A stretch of DNA of 64,000 bases from Octopus vulgaris (Eukaryota): positions 7,440,001-7,504,000 of the forward strand of contig OX597816.1 of the NCBI GenBank assembly GCA_951406725.2, given 5' to 3'. Positions 37,864 through 54,772 of the stretch are shown piece after piece. A model generated the notes under the pieces. It did no database searches. It was not told where the DNA came from and worked only from the letters and a program-made list of their open reading frames with translations. Position 1 is the stretch's first letter. Every line of letters begins with the position of its first letter. The position numbers and the translations under genes are program-made.

Positions 37864-38127
37864 AACAAAATCTTATGTGGGTCTCCAACCCGACCCTCAG
37901 GAACCATATCGACCCCGGTTGAAAACCACTGAATTAGAAAATAAATCTCTTCCGAATCAGGCATCATTTTAAAACCGAAATAAACTTCTGGATGTTGAAG
38001 ACCTGAATACATTTAAAGAATAAAAAGCAATGATGAGTTTTGTGAGACGCTTTTGATTGTGGAACTGCTCGATTGGTTTTGATCTGGATTAAACAACGGT
38101 AAAAATAATGTAAAGAGAACGAATAGG

Positions 38128-38340
38128 GTAGCGAGCTGATAGAACCGTTAGCATGCCGGACAAAATGTTTTGCGGCATTCCGTCCGTGCTTACGTTCTGA
38201 GTTCAAATTCTGCCGAGGTCGACTTTGCCTTTCATCCTTTCGGGGTCGATAAAATAAGTACTAGTGAAATACTGGGGTCGATGTAATCGACTTATCCTTT
38301 CCCCTCGAAACTGTTGCCCTCGTGGCAAAATTTGAAATCA
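38128..38340 (+). mobile_element. SINE family B
   Basis: Head and core present. Confidence 0.8.
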
Positions 38341-38357
38341 ATTTCAAGAAAAGGATT

Positions 38358-39951
38358 GAGTGAGTGAGTGAGTGGGTGTGTGAATGAGTGAATGAGTGAG
38401 TGGGTGAGTGACTGAGTGAGCGGGCGAGCAAGCGAATGGGTGAGTGGGCGAGCGAGCGAGTGAATGAGTGAGTGAGTGAGCGAGTGAGTGAGCGAGTGAG
38501 CGAGTGAGAGAGTGAGCGAGTGAGTGAGTGAGTGAGTGAGTGAGTGAGTGAGTGAGTGAGTGAGTGAGTGAGTGAGAGAGAGAGTGAGAGTGTGAGTGAG
38601 TGAGTGAGTGAGTGAGTGAGTGAGTGAGTGAGTGAGTGAGTGAGTGAGTGAGTGAGAGAGTGAGTGAGTGAGTGAGTGAGTGAGAGAGTGAGAGAGTGAG
38701 TGAGTGAGTGAGTGAGTGAGTGAGTGAACGAGCGAGTGAGTGAGTGAGTGAGTGAGTGAGTGAGTGAGTGAGTGAGTGAGTGAGTGAGTGAGTGAACGAG
38801 CGAGTGAGTGAGTGAGTGAGTGAGTGAGGGAGTGAGTGAGTGAGTGAGTGAGTGAGTGAGTGAGTGAGTGAGTGAGTGAGTGAGAGAGTGAGTGAGTGAG
38901 TGAGTGAGTGAGTGAGTGAGTGAGTGAGTGAGTGAGTGAGTGAGTGAGTGAGTGAGTGAGTGAGTGAGTGAGTGAGTGAGTGAGTGAGTGAGTGAGTGAG
39001 TGAGTGAGTGAACGAGCGAGTGAGTGAGTGAGTGAGTGAGTGAGTGAGAGAGTGAGTGAGTGAGTGAGTGAGTGAGTGAACGAGCGAGTGAGTGAGTGAG
39101 TGAGTGAGTGAGTGAGTGAGAGAGTGAGTGAGTGAGTGAGTGAGTGAGAGAGTGAGAGAGTGAGTGAGTGAGTGAGTGAGTGAGTGAGTGAACGAGCGAG
39201 TGAGTGAGTGAGTGAGTGAGTGAGTGAGTGAGTGAGAGAGTGAGTGAGTGAGTGAACGAGCGAGTGAGTGAGTGAGTGAGTGAGTGAGTGAACGAGCGAG
39301 CGAGTGAGTGAGTGAGTGAGTGAGTGAGTGAGAGAGTGAGTGAGTGAGTGAGTGAACGAGCGAGTGAGTGAGTGAGTGAGTGAGTGAGTGAGTGAGTGAG
39401 TGGGGGTGAGTGAGTGAGTGAGAGAGTGAGTGAGTGGTGGTGGTGAGTGAGTGAGAGAGTGAGTGAGTGAGTGAGTGAGTGAGTGAGTGAGTGAGTGAGT
39501 GAACGAGCGAGTGAGTGAGTGAGTGAGTGAGTGAGTGAGTGAGTGAGTGAGTGGGGGAGTGAGTGAGTGAGTGAGAGAGTGAGTGAGTGAGTGAGTGAGT
39601 GAGAGAGTGAGTGAGTGAGTGAGTGAGTGAACGAGCGAGTGAGTGAGTGAGTGAGTGAGTGAGTGAGTGAGTGAGTGAGTGGGGGAGTGAGTGAGTGAGT
39701 GAGAGAGTGAGTGAGTGAGTGAGTGAGTGAGTGAGTGAGTGAGTGAGTGAGAGAGTGAGTGAGTGAGTGAGTGAGTGAACGAACGAGTGAGTGAGTGAGT
39801 GAGTGAGTGAGTGAGAGAGTGAGTGAGTGAGTGAGTGAGTGAGTGAACGAGCGAGTGAGTGAGTGAGTGAGTGAGTGAGTGAGTGAGTGAGTGAGTGAGT
39901 GAGAGAGTGAGTGAGTGAGTGAGTGAGTGAGTGAGTGAGTGAGTGAGAGAG
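38358..39951. repeat. (GAGT)n satellite, about 1.6 kb, with recurring gaacgagc variants
   Basis: Visible directly. Confidence 0.95.
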
Positions 39952-40015
39952 AATTTGTGTAAAGTGAAAGACCACAAGACATTTTGTCTATCTTTCGACC
40001 GAATTTGTTACTTAC

Positions 40016-40409
40016 CAACTTCTGCTCTTGACACAATACTGAAAACAAACAAAATATAGCCATGGGAATGACTTCAGCAAACCCTTGAACCATGAAAGAT
40101 CAATCGCTACGTTTATTAAAAGGGGAGTGATTTCTTCAAAACAACACCCATGTCAAGGAAATGCTGTTTAAAGTATACAGGGATCTCACTGCTTCTTGAA
40201 GTAAGATCTGATATTTTTCGATAGCAGATAAATGCCTTGTTAACTGAGTTAGCTATTGATACACCACAAAATCGATTTTCAATCAATCTTAGTATGTCAA
40301 GAGATTCGAGCAGTTGATGATCAACCACTCCATATAACAGCTTAACTAAGTGAGTTTCCAGTGTGTGTATTCGCTTAATAATACACAAAACACGACAGCA
40401 AAAAATCAC
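40016..40409 (-). other. Candidate minus-strand exon with ATG at 40093 (MVQGFAEVIPMAIFCLFSVLCQEQKL)
   Basis: Unique sequence with acceptor ctacatag| and donor TTG|gtaagt. The 26 codons are hydrophobic and could be a signal peptide or a uORF. Confidence 0.4.
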
Positions 40410-40877
40410 CTATGTAGAGTTATTTGATCAGTCGCTACACACACACACACACACACACATGCATACATATTTATAGGTAGCTTTCGGATGTCTACCACTG
40501 ATAAGGTCGAGGAAGATCAAAGTCACTAAATTACTTGATCAGTCAAATATGACTACTTTACCCCATACAACAAAGAAAAATAAACCCTTTTAGAAGCAAA
40601 ACTCAAACCCTTTTCTATACGAAAAGCGTGTGACTTTTTATTTTACCTTGTTCTCATATATTTATATACATAAATTATATATACCTAACTCACCTTAAGA
40701 ATATATATACCAATGTAATTTCAGTTGAAGTATGATACATAAAAACATTTATTCCATGAAAACATCGTTAAATGTTTATTTTTCATGCATATAAATAAAA
40801 TTATTCTTCGCTTGTTTTAATTAGACAATATGTACATATAGAATACATTTTAAACTTTTTCTCAATATTTACGCTAC

Positions 40878-40916
<39 letters not shown>

Positions 40917-41350
40917 TACATGTACACATATATATGCATATGTATATGCATAAGCATGTGTGTTCGTGTTCGTGTGTAAAGCAAATAAATAGATGGCTAT
41001 ATAGATAATTTGCAAAGAGCTTTAAATCAACAAAGATATCGTAAAAGATAAACTAAGAGATTCGAAGAAATAATACAAGTCTGTTCAACACGGAATAAAA
41101 GGCATTTATTCGACACGAACGACCAAGTCCAATGGCGGTCGTCTGTACATTGTGCGCCAATGATTGGTGCAAGCTGGAAAGTGATAGATAAGAGTTTGAC
41201 CGTCGTTAACACAATAAACACACGCACAATCTCTATCACCAACTAAACGGTAACTAATATGACATTATATATACATGTTATGTGTGTGCATGTATCTTTA
41301 TATATTTACGTATATATATAATACATTTATGGATATGTATGTATGTATAT

Positions 41351-41392
<42 letters not shown>

Positions 41393-41432
41393 GTATATTT
41401 ATTCATATATACACACGCACTCACACATAGAC

Positions 41433-41818
41433 GTAGGCGTGGTTGTGAGTTTAAAAAGCTCTCTTTGCAACCACGAGGTTTTGGTTACCGTCCCACTATG
41501 CAGCACCGTGGAGGAATATCTTCTATTATAGCCTAGAGCTGACAAATGCTTGTCGAGTGGAAGTGATTGGCGGAAACTATGTGGAAGCCCATCACATATT
41601 CTCTTCTCTTTTCTCTTTTACTTGTTTCAGTCATTTCACTGCGGCCATGCTGGAGCACCGCCTTTAATCGAGCAACTCGACCCCGGGACTTATTCTTTTG
41701 TAAGCCCAGTACATATTCTATCGGTCTCTTTTGCCGAACCGCTAAGTGACGGGGACGTAAACACACCAGCATCGGTTGTCAAGCAATGCTAGGGGGATAA
41801 ACACAGACAGACAAACAC

Positions 41819-41904
<86 letters not shown>

Positions 41905-42069
41905 ACGATTGGGCTTCTTTCAGTTTCCGTCTACCAAATCCACTCACAAGTCATTGGTCGGCCCGGGGCTATACCAGAAGTCACTTGCCCAAGATGCCAC
42001 GCAGTGGGACTGAACCCGGAACCATGCGGTTGGTTAGCAAGCTACTTACCACACAGCCACTCCTGCGCC
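41433..42069. mobile_element. Diverged SINE A head (+, 41433-41595) and full SINE A (-, 41612-42069)
   Basis: Family A matches in both orientations. Confidence 0.85.
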
Positions 42070-42611
42070 TATATATATATATATTCATTTTGTAAATTTT
42101 AATTTTTATTTTTATTCGTATTTTTCATTTTTATCTTTATTTTTTTATTTTATTTTTTTGTAATTTTTTTTGTTTGAATTAAATTATGGCTTGTACAGAA
42201 GGGTCCGGTGAACCTATTTACACATACTTATTTGTTTAAAAAATTAAAATATAGTTTTTAGTATCAAACTATGATAAAGTGATGTAAAGACCTGACGATT
42301 GGGGTTATATTTTAAGAAAGGTTTCCGCAAAACACGGCGTGGTTAAGGAACCGGGAAATGAACCGCAAGAAACACGTGTAGCCGAGATATAAGTAGTAAG
42401 TATTTAAATTAAAATTCTTTTATATGGTGGGATGAAGGGGCCTACGATCTCTAAATGAAAATATATATTTCCTCATTGAGAATAATTTGAACCCCTGTTA
42501 TGCCGGAATTTTTATTCCCTAACAAATAAAATAAAATTATATATATATATATATCAGAAATATTAAATTTCTAAATGTCTCAAAGAGACATGAGTGGTGG
42601 TGGAGCGATAG

Positions 42612-42818
42612 AGTGGTTGTACACTGTCAACTTAACGTGACAGTCCCGTATGGAAATTACACCACCGCTGTTTAGCCCTAGGAAGCATCAAACGCTTCTG
42701 TGTCCTTATATAAGGACACAGAAAATATGTCAAAGCCGACAGAAAATGTGTCCTAGGGCTAAACAGCGGTGTTGTAATTCCCATGCGGGACTATTACGTT
42801 AAGTTGACAGTATACAAC

Positions 42819-42822
<4 letters not shown>
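42612..42822. mobile_element. Palindromic MITE
   Basis: About 70-bp TIRs agtggttgtacactgtcaacttaacgt.../...acgttaagttgacagtatacaaccact and an internal palindrome ttctgtgtccttatataaggacacagaa. Confidence 0.8.
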
Positions 42823-42891
<69 letters not shown>

Positions 42892-43424
42892 TATATGTGT
42901 GTGTGATAGTGTATATGTGAGTGTGTGTGTGTGTGTGTGAGAGAGAGAGAAAGAGGAAGTGTTTATTCCCATGGAAATTGGAAAACCTCCAGTAAATGGC
43001 ACGAAACCTTTGACTTAACGTGCAGTAGAAGAGTATACACAGACACGCATGCGCACATGCATGCATACATACAGCTTTAAGATCCCACAGGCAATATGCT
43101 GGAGATTTTCCAATTTCCATGCATAAATTATGTTAACTCTGACGTAGTTACACTAATCCAGAGAGTGTCACTTAATTATTTATTGTCCTCTCAATTCTAT
43201 TTTCGTACACCAATCAATGTATTGTCTTGTATGTTAAGGTAGTAAGTCTTTCATCGTTACTTTAGCCAGTACAAGGAAGTTTAAACTCCGCAGATGAGGG
43301 CAGCATAAGGCCGAACCATGTCTGGAATTGTCATCTGTGTACTGGATCCACAATAGAGCTGAGATTACAGTCGTAATACATGTTTTTAAATGGTGTATAA
43401 AACACACCGACACACACACACACC

Positions 43425-43472
<48 letters not shown>

Positions 43473-43489
43473 CACACGTAGGTGGGGGT

Positions 43490-43660
43490 AGGCGCTGGTC
43501 TGATTGTGTTTGCTTCCTGACCACAAGGTTCCGGGTTCAGTCCCACTGTGTGGCATCTTGGGTAAGTGTCTTCTACTATAGCCTCGGGTATACCAAAGCC
43601 GTGTGAGTGAATTTGGTAGGCGGAAACTGAAAGAAACCTGCCGTATACATATGTTTCTAT

Positions 43661-43734
<74 letters not shown>

Positions 43735-43985
43735 CTCTGTCTATCTCTCTGCTATCTATCTATCTGTGTGTGAGTGTGTGTGTGTGTGTGTTTTCATAGT
43801 ACCGCTTGACAACCGGTGTTGCTGGGTTTACGTCTCCGTAAGGTAACGGTTCGGCAAAAGAGACCGATAGAATAAGTACCGAGCTTAACAAAAGCTAAGT
43901 CCTGGAGTCGATTCAGTCGACAAAAAAATTCTTCAAGGCGGTGCCCCAGTGTGGCCGCAGTCAAATGACTGAGACTAGTAGAAGA
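43490..43985 (+). mobile_element. SINE family A, diverged
   Basis: Head, core and tail with an internal (TATC)n tract. Confidence 0.85.
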
Positions 43986-44364
43986 TATACACATTACATA
44001 CATACATAGGAAACAAGGGTGTTTTGTTCATCATCCTTAAACAACCCTTAATCAGGGACCTTTTGAACGGGATGGGTTACTCGACCAGAAGAAAATTCTA
44101 ACTGGGCCCCACCTGCAAGGTCATGCGCTGTTTATCTTCATATGAGATCACCATATCACGTACGTATGGTTGTGATGCATTGTGCCTCTATTCTACCCTT
44201 ATTAGACAGGTAGTCATGATGGGTATACTGGGCTTCGTATATTTGTACCCCAGTGTCACTTTGACGGCATGCACTGCTCTCTCATGCCTACATACATACA
44301 TAGATGCATACATGCATACATACATACATACATACATACATACATACATACATACATACATACA

Positions 44365-44396
<32 letters not shown>

Positions 44397-44526
44397 AATA
44401 GATGTGTGTATTTTTCCCTTGTTAGCAATTAACATGGAAAATATATATAAATAGTTACCATTTACGTTTAACTCCATTTATACACATACACACACACACA
44501 CAAGACACACACACACACACACACAT

Positions 44527-44928
44527 CCTTTTCTACTCTAGGCATAAGGACCGAAATTTTAAGGGAGGGGGCCAGTCGATTAGATCGACCCCAGTACACA
44601 ACTGGTACTTAATTTATCGACCACCCCGAAAGGATGAAAGGCAAAGTCGACCTCGGCGGAATTTGAACTCAGAACGTAAAGACAGACGAAATACCTATTT
44701 CTTTACTACCCACAAGGGGCTACACACAGAGGAAACAAACAAGGACAGACAAACGGATTAAGTCGATTTCATCGACCCCAGTGCGTCACTGGTACTTAAT
44801 TTATCGACCCCGAAAGGATGAAAGTCAAAGTCGACCTCGGCGGAATTTGAACTCAGAACGTAGCGACGGGCGAAATACGGCTACGCATTTCGCCCTGCGT
44901 CCTCACGATTCTGCCAGCTTGCCGCCTT
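44527..44928 (-). mobile_element. SINE family B dimer
   Basis: Two cores with junction gacgaaatacc|tatttctttactaccc. Confidence 0.85.
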
Positions 44929-45365
44929 ACGGCCCCCAGGATATTGAAAGGCCCATCAGCTTAACATATTTACGGATCCTCAGTACTCCCTTTGCGCGGA
45001 CCACCAGGGGTCTGCGGACCACAGGTTGCAGACCACTGATCTATATACGTTCCATTCTAAATGATTTTAATAACTCTCGCCATTACGTCGTGTTCATAGT
45101 AACTTAACTCTATCAAGTCGGCGAATTAATTAAAGTTTGTTCCATATTTTTGCGCCTCAAAGAATTATTGTTCAGCGGTGAATGTTAACAAAAGCTTCTT
45201 TGATCTGATTCTCTTCGGATGAATGAGAGGTGATAGCGAGACTAAATTGTCGCTCGGTAGACAGTGTGTCACAGTCTTTTGTCGGGAGTATAATGGAGAA
45301 GTGGTTTTCGAATACAAAGTTTCCAGTTTCAAGTTGATACCCTGACAGAATAACGACTGGCCGAG

Positions 45366-47420
<2,055 letters not shown>

Positions 47421-47681
47421 GTGGGCGTGAGCGCGTGCGTACGGGGTTGTAATTCAAGAGTGATGAACTTATAAACATTTGCCTTCGCGAAACCGTTCTG
47501 GAAACTCCCTGGCTGATAATACGAGACCATAATAGTGGAGCACGTGACCTTTATTAATATGACTTTGGCTTTTATCACCAAAGAAATTAATATGCCGCCA
47601 GAAACCCTGCTCTCTCTTCTCTCTCTCTCTCTCTTCTTTCTCTCTTTCCTCTCTCTCTCTCTTTCTTTCTCTCTCCCCCCC

Positions 47682-47717
<36 letters not shown>

Positions 47718-47830
47718 GTGTGTGTGTATGCAAACATAAACGCACATTTACATATACATCACGTGTGTGGAGAATGTGTTGCGTGCTCATACATGAGTAC
47801 ATATGTGTGTATGTATGCTATGTATGTACC

Positions 47831-47868
<38 letters not shown>

Positions 47869-48033
47869 TATCTATCTATCCTATATATATATATCTATCT
47901 ATATATATGTATACATATATGCATATATATTTATATATGCATGTATATATATATATACATACATATATAAATAAATAAGTGTATGCATACATATATATAT
48001 AGAAAGATGGATATGCATATATATATGCATATG

Positions 48034-48066
<33 letters not shown>

Positions 48067-48227
48067 CATATACATATACATACGTATTTATGTATGTGGT
48101 GTATGTGGTGTGTGTATGTGTATATACATGTATGTGTGAGCGGTGCTTGTAGGCGTAAACGTTACACGAAACAATAGAAGAACTTGTTGCTCCGTGAAAC
48201 AATTATCATTTCTCCTTCCCCCCTCCC

Positions 48228-48312
<85 letters not shown>

Positions 48313-48512
48313 ATCTTTGAATGAACTTTTCGAAATGGCCGCCAACTTGTCACGGTGGCAACTAATTTATGGTTTCAATAAATGGCGCCAAAACATGTCA
48401 ATGGCTCCCTCACAATACGAAGCTTCGCTTGAAACGTTTCCTGTCCTGCATGAGTGCTCCTTGAACAGTTTAATACCTTCTTATACCTCTTCAGTCAGTG
48501 ACACGCTTCGGT

Positions 48513-48573
<61 letters not shown>

Positions 48574-49031
48574 AGATTCTTCAAATCTGATCTATTAGTG
48601 GCACAGCAAAGATCTGTAAGACATTCCAAAGATTCTGCATCTGAGATTCTTTGAGGTGAACAGACGCAGACACTTGGTTGTGTGCATCGACAGCTCAACC
48701 AACACACAAACTCAACCACACATTTAGAAACACCGGGAATTTCCTTAAACTCAAAGAGTTTTGTCGTTTCGTCAGCGACCACCGTCTTGAGCTTTCTTAA
48801 GAACATAAATAAAAGTCGAAGGATAACAGATGTGTATAGGACAAATGCAAAAGCACGTATAAAGCAAAAGAAAGCAAGGGCAAAGGGAAGGGGCTGAAAA
48901 CCTGGTCCTGCCTGGTCTTTCATACAAAACATCTTTGAGAAACAAGCAGCAGCAACAACAACAACAACAACAGCAGCAGCAGCAAAAACAACAACAATAA
49001 CAACAGCAACAAAGTTGGAGACTTGGCAGTG

Positions 49032-49624
49032 GCGAGTAAAGTGCAGAGGGTTGAGATGTCAGGGCCATAAACACAGGCAAATGGATGGAGTGGAGAGTGT
49101 GGGTCGCGGGTGGCAAGGCTTGTTGTTGACAACTGCACACAGCATTTTGATTTACATTGAGAATGTCAAAGACAAATGCTGGTCTGTGGAACACATTCCG
49201 GGGTCAGCAGGTTTAATCATCATCATCATCATCATCATCATCACCACCACCACCACCACCATCATCATCATCACCATCATCACCATCATGGCGACACTAA
49301 CAGGCATTCTGTTCACATGACACACTTGGCGCACTTCCTGTCGATAGTGATGATGTTGCTGCTGTTGGTGCTGGTACTGGTGGTGGTGGTGGTGGTGGTA
49401 GGGTCTTCTTAGTTAGCTCAAGTCCGTTATGACGTTCCCCCCTTTACAGGTGTAGAAAATGTTTTTTTCTTCTTTTCTTTTCCGACCCTTCTTTCAGACC
49501 CCAAATCTTGTCTGCAGTTGTCAACAGCCTTGCCACTCGCGACCCACGCCGTTCACCCCCATCTATTGTGTGTGTTATTGTATGGCTGTATGGCCTGATA
49601 TTTCAACTGCTGCAGTTTACTTGC
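49032..49624. other. Long imperfect inverted repeat (predicted RNA duplex)
   Basis: 49032-49149 is complementary to 49502-49624, with nested inner complementarity. Confidence 0.8.
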
Positions 49625-49660
49625 AGTTTAATTCGTCACAGAAATAAACACTTCGTTGAA

Positions 49661-49832
49661 AGGCGGCGAGCTGGCAGAATCATTAGCAAGCCGGGAGATA
49701 TGCTTAGCAGTATTTCATCTGTCTTTACGTTCAGAGTTCAAATTCCGTAGAGGTCGACTTTGCCTTTCATCCTTTCGGGTTCGATTAATTAAGTACCAGT
49801 TGCATACTGGGTCGATCTAATCGACTGGCCCC
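49661..49832 (+). mobile_element. SINE family B
   Basis: ggcggcgagctggcagaa head plus core. Confidence 0.85.
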
Positions 49833-49903
49833 CTATCTGTCTGTCCACTGATCTAGACAGACAGACAGATAGATAGAGAGACAGATATCTATCTATCAAT
49901 CCG

Positions 49904-49997
<94 letters not shown>

Positions 49998-50026
49998 TGG
50001 CCGCAGTTCTGAGCTGAAACTAGAAA

Positions 50027-50075
<49 letters not shown>

Positions 50076-50309
50076 TATATGTATATATATATACATATAT
50101 ATAGTCAATACAGATATAGGGTGAAATATAATTAATTTAATAAAATCGACAAATTTCACCTAGTAGTATTTCGGTATGGAAAAGGACCATATTCGGTAAA
50201 AATTTATATAATTATAATAATAAGGTTTTTTTGTAACAAGTTGCTTAAACTACTTACCGAAAATATTTTCGGTATGTGATTTAAGTAACTTGTTGCAAAA
50301 AACCCTTAT

Positions 50310-51538
<1,229 letters not shown>

Positions 51539-51733
51539 TAGATATACACACTCACACACACACACACACACACAAAGATAAATTGATACATGCAACTGAG
51601 TGGGCAAACAAAAATATGAGACACAGCCTTTATTAATACTTATCTCATATACGGAGACAAAAATGTACTATATACTGCAGGTTATCTCCATTAAAATTCT
51701 TGTATTATATACATTATATATATATAATATACA

Positions 51734-52460
51734 CACTGGCGAAAATAAATTTAAGACCGATGATAAAAGTTCTATTTCTTACAAAATATTCCGTTACTTG
51801 TCCTTTGCCGATCTTTATATTGACCAGTCTCCGAGTATAACTTCCACGCTTGCACGCAAGCCGGTTTACTGCACTTTAGTTGCTTGCTGATGTTCGAAAA
51901 GGAAACTTTTTGCTGTAATATACGATTTTTGCTCTCGTGACTGGACTAAGGCTACGTTGTTTTCCCATTATTAATAAATTGTATAATAACATTAAATTAT
52001 AACTTTATATGGTGCATTTAGGCTCGTTGTGTGACCACCCATTTTGGCCAAAACAATTGCATACATATTACATGGTCTTAAACTAATTTTGCCGGTAAAT
52101 TTGAAACGTTTATATTACGTTCTGAGTTCAAATTCCGCCGAGGTCGACTTTGCTTTTCATCCTTTCGGGGTCGATAAATTAAGTACCAGTTACACACTGG
52201 AGTCGATGTAATCGACTTAATCCCTTTGTCTGTCCTTGTTTGTCCACTCTATGTTTAGCCCCTTGTGGGCAGTAAAGAAATATATATTAAATTAGCATTA
52301 GAATTCTTCAAGTTGTATAAAAATTGTTTGCATAATTCGAAAGAGAAATAAATTTTGCATAAGGTGTAAAAGATATAAATTATTTGTATGGTGTTGGTAA
52401 CAAAATATTTTGTAAGAAATAGAACTTTTATCGTCGGTCTGAAATATATTTTCGCCGGTG
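51734..52460. mobile_element. Tc1/mariner-type MITE with about 57-bp TIRs and a nested SINE B (52117-52281)
   Basis: cactggcgaaaata...aagttctatttcttacaaaatatt versus aatattttgtaagaaatagaactt...tattttcgccggtg|ta. Confidence 0.75.
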
Positions 52461-52467
52461 TATATAT

Positions 52468-52780
52468 CTCAGGTCAGCCCATAAGTTCTGTCCGAATTTT
52501 GGATAAAGAATCCAAGTGATCAAATGTTATATTTAATTGAAAGCTAATCATCAATGTACCTTCCCTGATTATCTATGACTTACTTCCATCTATTTACAAG
52601 CTTTTTAATCCCATCAATGTAAAACTCTTTTGGTTTCAAAGCGAAGAACTCTGAAATGTCAAGTTCGACCTCCTCCTGGCTTGCGAAAGTTGTGTCCCCC
52701 TAATAATTCTGTAAACTACGAAACAAATGGAATCCTGAAGGAGTAAGGTCGGGAGAATAAGTTGGATGAAGAAATTTTTC
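52468..52780 (-). mobile_element. Mariner transposase 3' relic with one TIR
   Basis: HPTYSPDLTPSGFHLFRSLQN (YSPDL motif) and a TIR-like tcaggtcagcccataagttc. Confidence 0.8.
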
Positions 52781-53859
52781 CAACCCAACCCGACCCAACC
52801 CGACCCGACCCAACGCAACCCGACCCGACCCGACCCGACCCAACCCGTTTGTAATAGTGACACCAAAGCCGTAGCGTCGATTGTGGGCTGGTAGCTGTGT
52901 ACAGTCGTCCCAACGTCGCCCAGAGCGAATCATGGCAAGCAAGTACAGGTGGAGTCCAAGTTATATCTTGATATCGCTAGTGATAACAATACTCAAAATA
53001 TATAACAGACTGGAATTGTAGGCCCGTCTCTTGCAATTTCGATCAACTGGATCTTGTCCTCCCTCTTCTATAGAAGTGTACGGCTGCAGCGAAATTCATT
53101 TTTGGACTTTCTTCTATCGAAGGCATTTTAACAAAAATGCTTCCGTAAAGACGGTGAAAATATTGTCAATTTCCCCAAACAGGGACACAATTCAATTTTG
53201 AAACAATAACCAAAGCCCCTTCTTCGAAAGGGGGAGGGTAACTGTTTACAATTATTTAACAAATTCAACACAACAACGTTTCCCTGACGAGGAACCAACA
53301 AATGTGATTACAATAGTGAAACAGTAATAATAATAACAACAAACCCTTTTAATTTATCCCCATTTATGTGAAACCACTTATTCAAGTTCAAGTCATTGAT
53401 GCAATTTTATACGAATTGCTAATACACTCACATAATAAGGGTGAAAAATTGAATATTAATTTGATTAATATGAATTGAAAACCAGTGGTGTAGCATATAA
53501 GACCATGGCGGATCTTCTTCTAGCAAAATGGATAACCACTGTTAATGGTTCATCCCTGTTATATAATACTTTCACTTTTATAGTTTCAATAATAAAGTGA
53601 ATGTATGCATTACAATAGAGAGATGTTTTTGATTCACTTTTAACACATAATATTGAAATAGTGGAGAAGATATGATATTGCTGTGGGGTCGCCCTAGGGA
53701 AAAAGTTAATTTCTTTTTGCCGATGGCACTCCCAGGACCTTAAGTAAGGCATGTGTAAAATTTGAATGAAATGGGTTGTGTAGTTCTCAAGTTTTAGGGA
53801 AACAGACAGACAGACAGACAGACACACATTCTCAGTTTTATATATATAAGAGATATATA

Positions 53860-54143
53860 TCACGTGACCGACCAGACCATCAGATGTTCCTACACATCGC
53901 TGGTCACAATGCGATCGCATTGTTTTAGCCTTCGAACGACGCCACCCCGCTGGCTAAGCGAGCAGGCCAACAGAAGAAAGAGTGGTGAAAGAGTACAGCA
54001 GGGATCACCACCTCCTGCCGGAGCCTCGTGAAGCTTTTTGAGGTGTTTTCGCCCAATAAACACACACAACGCCCGGTCTGGGAATCGAAACCGCGATCCT
54101 ACGACCGCGAGTCCGCTGCCCTAACCACTGGGCCATTGCGCCT

Positions 54144-54147
<4 letters not shown>
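53860..54147 (-). mobile_element. tRNA-derived SINE family D (family C head with a different tail)
   Basis: 5' part matches 34500-34672; 3' part matches 6127-6242. Confidence 0.85.
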
Positions 54148-54215
<68 letters not shown>

Positions 54216-54217
<2 letters not shown>

Positions 54218-54772
54218 GGTGGTGACTGCCCCCTCGTTATCGAGTATGGCCATTGCACGAAGCTTAATCAATGTTGCTATCGTGCAATGCCTGTGCAAGA
54301 AGATTTTTTTTAAAGTGAGGAAAGGCTGTGCACAGAGTCAATCCCACTCACTAAGCAACAGCAGCCATAATCCGAAAACAAGAACAAGTCAACATCATCG
54401 GTAACCACTGAGCCGCAGGTTTTATGTCTGAGTTATCCCAGTTACCTGAGTTACCTTCTCCCAGAAGGATGCCCTAACAAAGGCTAGGAGTCCTTCACTC
54501 CCAATTGTTTAACCCCGCGATCGGGTATTCAGTCCGATTATTTCTATGTCCCCGCGCATGATACAGCCTTAAGACATTTATTGGATGGCCGTTGACTCTC
54601 AAGAGTTCCTCCGCCCTTTGACGGGTTTTGTTTTTCATTCCGCGGGGTGTCCAATAAACACCCTCCTCACCAAGCAAGCTTTGATGTCAGGTCACTTTCG
54701 AGTGCTACTGGTAACATGTAACCCAGTACAACCTGTTGCATGGTCGGGTCGTCGGCGACTAAACCGGCAATC

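Larger units (their letters stand above)
36948..37931. mobile_element. Possible hAT/Charlie-type MITE with nested insertions
   Basis: Termini cagtggtcctcaa and ttgaaaaccactg. No clean 8-bp TSD. Confidence 0.45.

Noticed and set aside
48495-49194. 140-145 aa minus-strand ORFs near the hairpin
   Set aside because: No recognisable domain, and they partly run through microsatellites.
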